DNA of 64,000 nt from a virus: IMG/VR virus record IMGVR_UViG_3300027754_000055, positions 32,001 to 96,000 of that record. One strand, given 5' to 3'. The first letter of the stretch is position 1. Every line of letters begins with the position of its first letter. The translations under genes were made by a program, and so were the position numbers. Positions 58,243 to 64,000 of the stretch are shown piece after piece. The notes under the pieces were generated by a model. That model saw only the letters and a list, made by a program, of their open reading frames with translations, searched no databases and was not told the DNA's origin.

Positions 58243-58380
58243 TGATAATTCCTTTCATGGATAGAAACTCCCCTTGATACAGGCACAAGCAAGGGGCTAA
58301 CTTGCTTCGAAAACAAAAGAACGAGGTCGCTGCGCTTTAGATTATCTTTTGTCCGCCACAGATGACATCCTACATGTTAG
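58243..58380 (-). promoter_or_regulatory. Structured 5' leader with mini-ORF (candidate attenuator/ncRNA)
   Basis: Extended -10 TGCTAACAT, uORF MSSVADKR*, mutually exclusive stems. Confidence 0.4.
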
Positions 58381-58404
58381 CATTTAATTTGTAAAGACAA
58401 TAAA

Positions 58405-58791
58405 TTAGTGAATTAATTCTTGCAGTAAAGCTTGCTCACGAAAATAAGTGTAGCCAAGACATACACAATCAGGAGCAAACCAATGGCCATCCATTATTAT
58501 CTCACTCCGAATCCATAGTTTGATCTCACCACTTTGAGATATATCCATAAGCAGAACATCACGCATTGCAGTTGTTTCATTGGTCGCAGCAACTATATGA
58601 CCAACTCTAGAACGCCGTTCTAAAATCCTCCATCCCAAGGATATTAGACGATTGCGAATACTTGTGGTCATATGATTCTGAGACCTGTTGTGAATTTCAA
58701 TGTGGGTTCGATAAGATGGCGGCTCAGAAGAAAATAATAAGCATCCAGAAAAAAATAATATCAAACAAATCAACAATATGCGATTTATCAT
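58405..58791 (-). CDS. Putative lipoprotein
   Basis: Hydrophobic signal ending FFSGC lipobox. Confidence 0.65.
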   Translation of the reverse strand: MINRILLICLILFFSGCLLFSSEPPSYRTHIEIHNRSQNHMTTSIRNRLISLGWRILERRSRVGHIVAATNETTAMRDVLLMDISQSGEIKLWIRSEIIMDGHWFAPDCVCLGYTYFREQALLQELIH

Positions 58792-58813
58792 TAATTTTTT
58801 GTGCTCATTGATT

Positions 58814-59859
58814 TTATTCTTTGTTTATAGATCGTGCTTTTGCCCAGTAGCCCCGTGGCGGTTTGGATATATTATAACTTTTACACCATTTCTCCACAGC
58901 TTTATCTGATACATTATATTCCTTTGCGATTTGAATCGTTGGTTTTTCCCAGATTAATTTTTCTAATTGATCCTTTGTTGGTCTTTCGATTTTTCTTGCG
59001 CTGTTATGAGAGCAATCATAAGAACAATATTTATAATCATGTAATGTTTTTCTTGCAAAGGGTTTATTACACTTTAAACAAGTAAAAAAATATTCTTTTA
59101 TCATTTTTTTATTATTTTCTGTTAAATTCAACAGTAATACTTTTTTCTTTTTTCTTTTTAATGGCTTACATTTTTTACAGTATTTATGTGCTGATGATAG
59201 CAACATAAATTTTTCATTGCAAATGATACAGTTTTTTTCATTTTCTAATTTTATAAATTTTATATTATTGCAAATAGGTTTTGTTTTTAGAAAGGAAATT
59301 AGCTCAGTAATTTTTTTTTATTAAAGATCCAAATATATTTTATCTCTAATACATCCCACCCTTGTTTGATAAATTCTTCTCTTCTTTTTAGACAATAGGG
59401 TTTTAGATTCTCTGTGCCTGATTCATAGTGTTGGTTTCCATTTACTTCTATTATTAGATTAAATTGAGGAAAAACTATGTCTGGTGAGAAAAATCTATCA
59501 GGAATTAAATTAGGAATTTCTTCTTGGAAGAAAATACCTTCTTCTAATAGTTTTTGTTTTAATTTTTCACAGGGTATAGATTTATTATACTTATGATATT
59601 TCCATGGATGTTTATCAGGATTTTCTTTTAGAAATTTTTTTCTTTTATTTGATATGATCGCTCTAATTTCGGCTGTGTAAATAGGTCTAGAAATAAAATG
59701 AGATGTATCTAAATTTAATTTTTTTATACATTCAGTACAGCTTTTTCTTGCAGAACTCGCAGTTTTATTATAACCGAATTTATTTAAAACATCAATATAA
59801 GAAATTGATGAAGCTACGGCTTCACGTAATTTGGTTTCTTCGAAAATATATTTTTTCAT
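58814..59859 (-). pseudogene. tRNA-associated endonuclease (DUF559/Vsr-like PD-(D/E)xK + Zn fingers + HTH) split at an A9 run
   Basis: FSPDIV..LIIEVNGNQHY; -1 frame at 59311-59319 continues open into 58814..59206. Confidence 0.75.
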
Positions 59860-59899
59860 ATTAATATATAGGTTCGAATCTATAATTTTGATATTTTTG

Positions 59900-59972
59900 T
59901 ACGCCCAGTAGGAGTCGAACCTACATAATACTGCTTAGAAGGCAGTTGCCTTAGCCATTAGACTATGGGCGC
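59900..59972 (-). tRNA. tRNA-Arg(UCU)
   Basis: GCGCCCA/TGGGCGT acceptor, anticodon loop CTTCTAA, GTAGG-TTCGACT-CCTAC; no encoded CCA; TTGACA-17-TATAGT promoter at 59996-60024. Confidence 0.93.
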
Positions 59973-60258
59973 AATCACTATCAGTGACAAGAGTTACTAT
60001 AGCTGATAGTTACCCAGATGTCAAACTGTTCTTTGTTTTTTAAATTTATTGACGATGGACGGAATTAATATTATGGCCTATCGTTCTTTCAGTAAAATAA
60101 AACAATATACAATGACTAATAAAACATGAAGAGAAAGAGCAAAGAGAAGTATTAGGTCATCTTTGTCTTTTAATTTCTTCATTTTTCTTTACCGAGAGAA
60201 AAATAAAAGGACACAACTAACACGATTGAAAGCAATATCCATTTAATATTTGACATAA

Positions 60259-61485
60259 TTATTTTTTATCTTTTTTTGCTAATTTTGCTAATTTATCGAA
60301 TAGTTTAGTTTGCATGATAACATCAAATTTTTGTGGTTTGCCATTATCATATGGGATATAATTTTCTTCTGGCTCAAGTGGTTCTATTTCTTTTAGATCA
60401 CGTTCTTCTGTGCCATGATCAAATTTCTTAACAATAGAAGCAAAACCGCCTGTTCCATATGGTTTTTCAGGCATTTTTTTATCTAATTCTGCTGGTAGAT
60501 AATCCACTAATTTTCTTTTGGTTGATTCTTTATCGGATTTTGACATTTTAATTTCCTTTGATTCGTTTCGGTAGTAGCCGGGGCCTGAACCTTTTTTATA
60601 AATATCGACTGATCCAGGGACATGTTTTACTGGATGAGCCACAGTACCCATAAATCCGGCACGTGTTGGTACATCATCTTCTTCGTCTAATTCTTTTTTA
60701 TAGTCTGTTTGCCCGAATTCTTTTTTTATCCAATTCACAGGATTCACCAAATGGTTAAACACGACATCACGGTTAGTTTGGCCTCTGTCTGTGGGGGTTG
60801 TTTCTTTCCAGCGGTTCAATGTTTTATTTCTTTTTTGAGTAAGTTTCAGATTGTTATCTGTAATTTCATCATCCATTGGATCATACATGCTGGTATCTTT
60901 TGAGTTTAGGCTCATGTTTAGCTCTTCTGGTTTGTCATAATGCCCATGACCAAAAGGCTCTCCACGCACGGCTTCACGTCCACCGGGAAGCAATTGTGGT
61001 ACATTATATCTTTCTTCTTCTGGCGCATCAGGATCTCTATCTTCGTCTTCATCATCTGGTATATGCTCTATTGGATTAGATAAAGTATTCATTGCGGGAA
61101 ACCCTTGTAAATCTCTATAGTTTCCATCTGATGGTCCACGCTCAGTGACATAATAATACGAAGGTTCTATATCATTTTCTGGATCTAGCAGTTGGTCACG
61201 AACTTCGTCTTGTCCTGGCAAAAGGTGAGGACGATCATCATATACTTCGGATGATTCCAATGAATCATTTTCATCACGATCCGATCCTTTTTGAGCACGC
61301 ACAGCAGGCCACATAGAAGGCTCATTAGGGAGGTCTTCTTCTGGATCGACCAATCCCGGCCAGATCTCCGAATCTGCCAGCTGATGCCTATTGCCGAAGC
61401 CGTAAGCGCCACCTTGGAACGTACCTGCGCCAGAGAAGTCGCCAGAATTTTCTTTATATAATAATTTGCTAAGTTTTAATGACAT
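60259..61485 (-). CDS. Acidic, likely disordered protein with LLYKE leader (putative head internal protein)
   Basis: D/E/P-rich; TATTTA 5 nt before ATG. Confidence 0.7.
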   Translation of the reverse strand: MSLKLSKLLYKENSGDFSGAGTFQGGAYGFGNRHQLADSEIWPGLVDPEEDLPNEPSMWPAVRAQKGSDRDENDSLESSEVYDDRPHLLPGQDEVRDQLLDPENDIEPSYYYVTERGPSDGNYRDLQGFPAMNTLSNPIEHIPDDEDEDRDPDAPEEERYNVPQLLPGGREAVRGEPFGHGHYDKPEELNMSLNSKDTSMYDPMDDEITDNNLKLTQKRNKTLNRWKETTPTDRGQTNRDVVFNHLVNPVNWIKKEFGQTDYKKELDEEDDVPTRAGFMGTVAHPVKHVPGSVDIYKKGSGPGYYRNESKEIKMSKSDKESTKRKLVDYLPAELDKKMPEKPYGTGGFASIVKKFDHGTEERDLKEIEPLEPEENYIPYDNGKPQKFDVIMQTKLFDKLAKLAKKDKK

Positions 61486-61733
61486 ATGTTTAAATATGCC
61501 AATTGTTGAGGAATGTAATGGTTTTTATATTTTAAAATTTTCTTCAAGAACACCTTGTTCAAATCCAAAATCTAAAATTACTAGTTCTCCACTATTTCTC
61601 ACTCCCCAATTATCTGGCCTTAGATCATGTGCAGAAATTTTGCATCCGATCAGTAGCTTGTCAATTGCTTGCAGGCTTTTCCCGTGAGCGAACTGCTCAT
61701 AAAAATAAAAAAATCCTATATTTATAAAAAAAT

Positions 61734-62039
61734 ATGAAAACTAATTTTAAAAAAGATTTGAAAACAATCATCAAACAAATTTTGTTGGAGATAGGTTTGC
61801 AAGGTATGATACAACTTTCTGCTTTTGATAAAAATATTCAAGCTAATATGCTAGCTGCAATTGAACCGTATAAAACCACAGACCCAGAAAAATATAAAAA
61901 CCTTAAAGGATTAATAGATAAAGATGTTGTTGAAGAACTTCTAAAAAAAGTCGATGACGCCAATAAACCAACCGCAACATTGCCACCCGCCGCAAGAAGT
62001 GATGCTCAACGAGCGGAAATGCGAAAATGGAATAGATAA
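61734..62039 (+). CDS. LKTIIK-leader small protein
   Basis: MKTNFKKDLKTIIKQILLE; TATTTA upstream. Confidence 0.75.
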   Translation: MKTNFKKDLKTIIKQILLEIGLQGMIQLSAFDKNIQANMLAAIEPYKTTDPEKYKNLKGLIDKDVVEELLKKVDDANKPTATLPPAARSDAQRAEMRKWNR

Positions 62040-62238
62040 GTTGACTTTATTATATTTGAATGCGGTAGGTATTTTTGGTATTTCAATAACTTTTTGATCA
62101 TCAGTGCCACAGACGACTCTTCAAGAATTTTCTCCAATTGGTTTAAATCTAAAATTTTATTACATGAGCAAAAAACCCACGGGTTCATCCTGTGAGTAGT
62201 TCGCTTGGAAACAACCAATCTCGTATGTTTGCGAACAT
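62006..62238 (-). pseudogene. Small gene disrupted by 44-bp IS remnant
   Basis: MFANIRDWLFP|NKILDLNQLEK joins in frame on excision of 62161..62204. Confidence 0.7.
62161..62204 (+). mobile_element. 44-bp solo-hairpin IS200/IS605 derivative (PATE-like)
   Basis: TTTAT + TACATGAGCAAAAAA (LE) + CCCACGGG-TTCAT-CCTGTGAG + TAGTTCGC (RE). Confidence 0.85.
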
Positions 62239-62296
62239 ACTATCTTCATAAAGGATATTGACTAGTGACATTGTGATGGTTAGATTTAGAATGATA

Positions 62297-62539
62297 TTAT
62301 TTGATACGACTATATTTATTTTTCCTTATAACCGTGCTAAAATAAGCTCCAGCAGAATTGGATGTCACTAATTCGTCATATGTTTCTTTGTTTATTCCGT
62401 GATATGAATATTGGGTTCCGTTTTGGAATGTTAACTCTAGAATATTCATCAGTGTGTCATATTTCGCAAATGCTAAATTTGAAGAATTTACAAAAGTATG
62501 CAATAGGTAACGTTCTTGATTTAGAAATGTAGTTTCCAT
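62297..62539 (-). CDS. KTSC domain protein
   Basis: VNSSNL..YD..LELTFQNG..YSY..SAGAYF..IR. Confidence 0.88.
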   Translation of the reverse strand: METTFLNQERYLLHTFVNSSNLAFAKYDTLMNILELTFQNGTQYSYHGINKETYDELVTSNSAGAYFSTVIRKNKYSRIK

Positions 62540-62583
62540 TTTATCTCCTAGTTAGTTTTATATATAATAAAATAAGGTACAAT

Positions 62584-62919
62584 ATGAAAAAAGGCAGTTT
62601 ATGCTTTATAAAAAACAAAAAGAATGCATTGAATCCTTATGTGGTTGTTTATTCTGATATTGACGAAGTGCTAAAACAAAGAAATAAAAATAATTCTTGG
62701 CTACCGTGCATGACAACTTCCGCTAATATAAAGAAATTTTTACCTACAAAGCAAAGAGTATTGCTTAAATCTTTAGAGGAAACATTTTTATTAATTGAAG
62801 AACTAAAAGATGATAATGGAAGTTTTTATTATCATTGTCTATATAATGACAGTTGCGGCTGGATTATTGGAAGTAAAAAGAATTTTACAATAGAAGAGAA
62901 ATCAGATGACAAACACTAG
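62584..62919 (+). CDS. Divergent IGKLY/GxIGW paralog
   Basis: MKKGSL...HCLYNDSCGWII. Confidence 0.6.
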   Translation: MKKGSLCFIKNKKNALNPYVVVYSDIDEVLKQRNKNNSWLPCMTTSANIKKFLPTKQRVLLKSLEETFLLIEELKDDNGSFYYHCLYNDSCGWIIGSKKNFTIEEKSDDKH

Positions 62920-63085
62920 AGCATTACAAAGATTAATTGAAAGAATGGAAGAGTTTCTTGACGAATATAAGACAGAATTGGATGCCGACGAGGCTTCTAC
63001 TGTTGATGATGCCATTTCTGTTATAGATCGTATAAAAACAGATTTGGAATCCGGTAACGATGAAGAGGATGACGATTACAAATAA
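62906..63085 (+). CDS. Small acidic protein (59 aa)
   Basis: MTNTRALQRL...DEEDDDYK*; overlaps upstream stop. Confidence 0.6.
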   Translation: MTNTRALQRLIERMEEFLDEYKTELDADEASTVDDAISVIDRIKTDLESGNDEEDDDYK

Positions 63086-63088
63086 TTT

Positions 63089-63763
63089 TTAATTCGATTT
63101 TATTATTTCAAACGGCCTATTGATATCGAGCCTGACTTGATAAGCCTTGTTTCCGCTCAGAACTGTTATTTTCTTATTCGTCCAGCTGCACGTACTGTAA
63201 AATTTTTTTCTTTTTAATATTTTTATATTTGTCACAATAGCCTGAGTTTTACTAAAAACAATCAAATCACCAGATTCAATTTCATTATGCTGTTCTACTA
63301 TTTCGATTGGAATAATATGTTTCAGCTTATAAAACCAAGTTATATTTGTTTTTTGAGTTGATTCCCAAGGTTCATAAGTTTCTTTTGTATCATGATTATA
63401 TTTTTTAAATATTTCAATTCCTACGGCACGAATATAGAATTTTTTTCTCAAAGTGAATAGGACTTCGGCTTCTTGTTTGTTGCTTATTAGTTTATATTTT
63501 CCATCATGCAGAACAATGAAAGATTTTATTTTTGCAACATAGTTTTCAATATCTAAATCTTCAAATAATTCATCTAATTTGATACCATAATTACTGATAA
63601 TTGTATCTTTTTTATATGACTTAGAAAACATGTCCAAAACAAGAACTTGTTTCCACCAACTGTGCAGATCGATATGATCAAAATTACAAAGCAAAAATGC
63701 TTCTGTTAATATCCTTGGTTTTACTAACCTACCGAAATCATTCAAATCTATCTTTTTGCTCAT
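63089..63763 (-). CDS. Hypothetical protein
   Basis: TACTTA 6 nt before MSKK start. Confidence 0.7.
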   Translation of the reverse strand: MSKKIDLNDFGRLVKPRILTEAFLLCNFDHIDLHSWWKQVLVLDMFSKSYKKDTIISNYGIKLDELFEDLDIENYVAKIKSFIVLHDGKYKLISNKQEAEVLFTLRKKFYIRAVGIEIFKKYNHDTKETYEPWESTQKTNITWFYKLKHIIPIEIVEQHNEIESGDLIVFSKTQAIVTNIKILKRKKFYSTCSWTNKKITVLSGNKAYQVRLDINRPFEIIKSN

Positions 63764-63784
63764 GAATAATAAGTAGCATAAAAT

Positions 63785-63861
63785 AAAAAAAGGCAAGTTA
63801 TAATAACTTGCCTTTAAAAAACTGAAATCAGTTTTTAACCATCTAAAATCTATAGATGGTT
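63785..63861 (-). terminator. Three tandem hairpins including a terminator
   Basis: AAAGGCAAGTTA/TAACTTGCCTTT, AAAAACTGA/TCAGTTTTT, AACCATCTA/TAGATGGTT; U-tract on minus strand. Confidence 0.65.
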
Positions 63862-63875
63862 TCTAACCATTACCT

Positions 63876-64000
63876 TCACTCTGTTTCTTGTTCGCCATCA
63901 CGCTCCGAATAAAACCGAGCCAGTGTTTCATAAAGACGCCGAGCCTGTGAGCCGTTCAGTTCTAGACGGGCTGTACGGCGGCTATCACGACGAGTACGGG
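63876..64000 (-). CDS. Partial CDS (C-terminus), Arg-rich
   Basis: RTRRDSRRTARLELNGSQARRLYETL...ETE*. Confidence 0.6.
   Translation of the reverse strand, partial: RTRRDSRRTARLELNGSQARRLYETLARFYSERDGEQETE

Noticed and set aside
59867-59884. Second tRNA gene
   Set aside because: Only a T-arm-like hairpin; no acceptor, D or anticodon arms
59930-59946. Amber suppressor tRNA / recoded genetic code
   Set aside because: The 7-nt loop CTTCTAA centres on TCT (Arg), not CTA; long genes are intact in the standard code

Overview
AT-rich, gene-dense segment of a large (jumbo-type, probably contractile-tailed) bacteriophage genome read in the standard bacterial code. Core modules: a tail/baseplate block (tape measure, CIS-like baseplate proteins; 16.9-29.6 kb) and a replication/recombination block (compact PolA, HD hydrolase, gp32-like SSB, RecA with a LAGLIDADG intein; 29.6-35.1 kb). 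The rest is accessory and resolves into two interleaved gene classes. (1) Small genes behind sigma70-like, often leaderless promoters, including about 21 paralogs of one ~90-aa 'xIGKLY...KILTxxGxIGWI' family. (2) Scattered genes behind a TANTTA hexamer that is also found before the tail genes. Their products carry a shared amphipathic tag ending in [ILVF]xE fused to enzymatic cargo (ART-like, RNA ligase, GNAT-like, pentapeptide, PcfJ-like). This is my best candidate for an undescribed system: a late-expressed, capsid-packaged effector arsenal. One IS200/IS605 family with a TTTAT target occurs in three states: tnpA+tnpB, two inverted tnpB-only copies, and a 44-bp solo-hairpin element. At three of the four sites, precise excision restores a host ORF. 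Also present: tRNA-Arg(UCU) with an adjacent frameshifted endonuclease gene, a Thg1/ATP-grasp/exonuclease operon with a structured leader, a macrodomain+SLOG pair, and an SF2 helicase with four C-terminal repeats. All protein family calls are from motif recognition only; no database searches were run.
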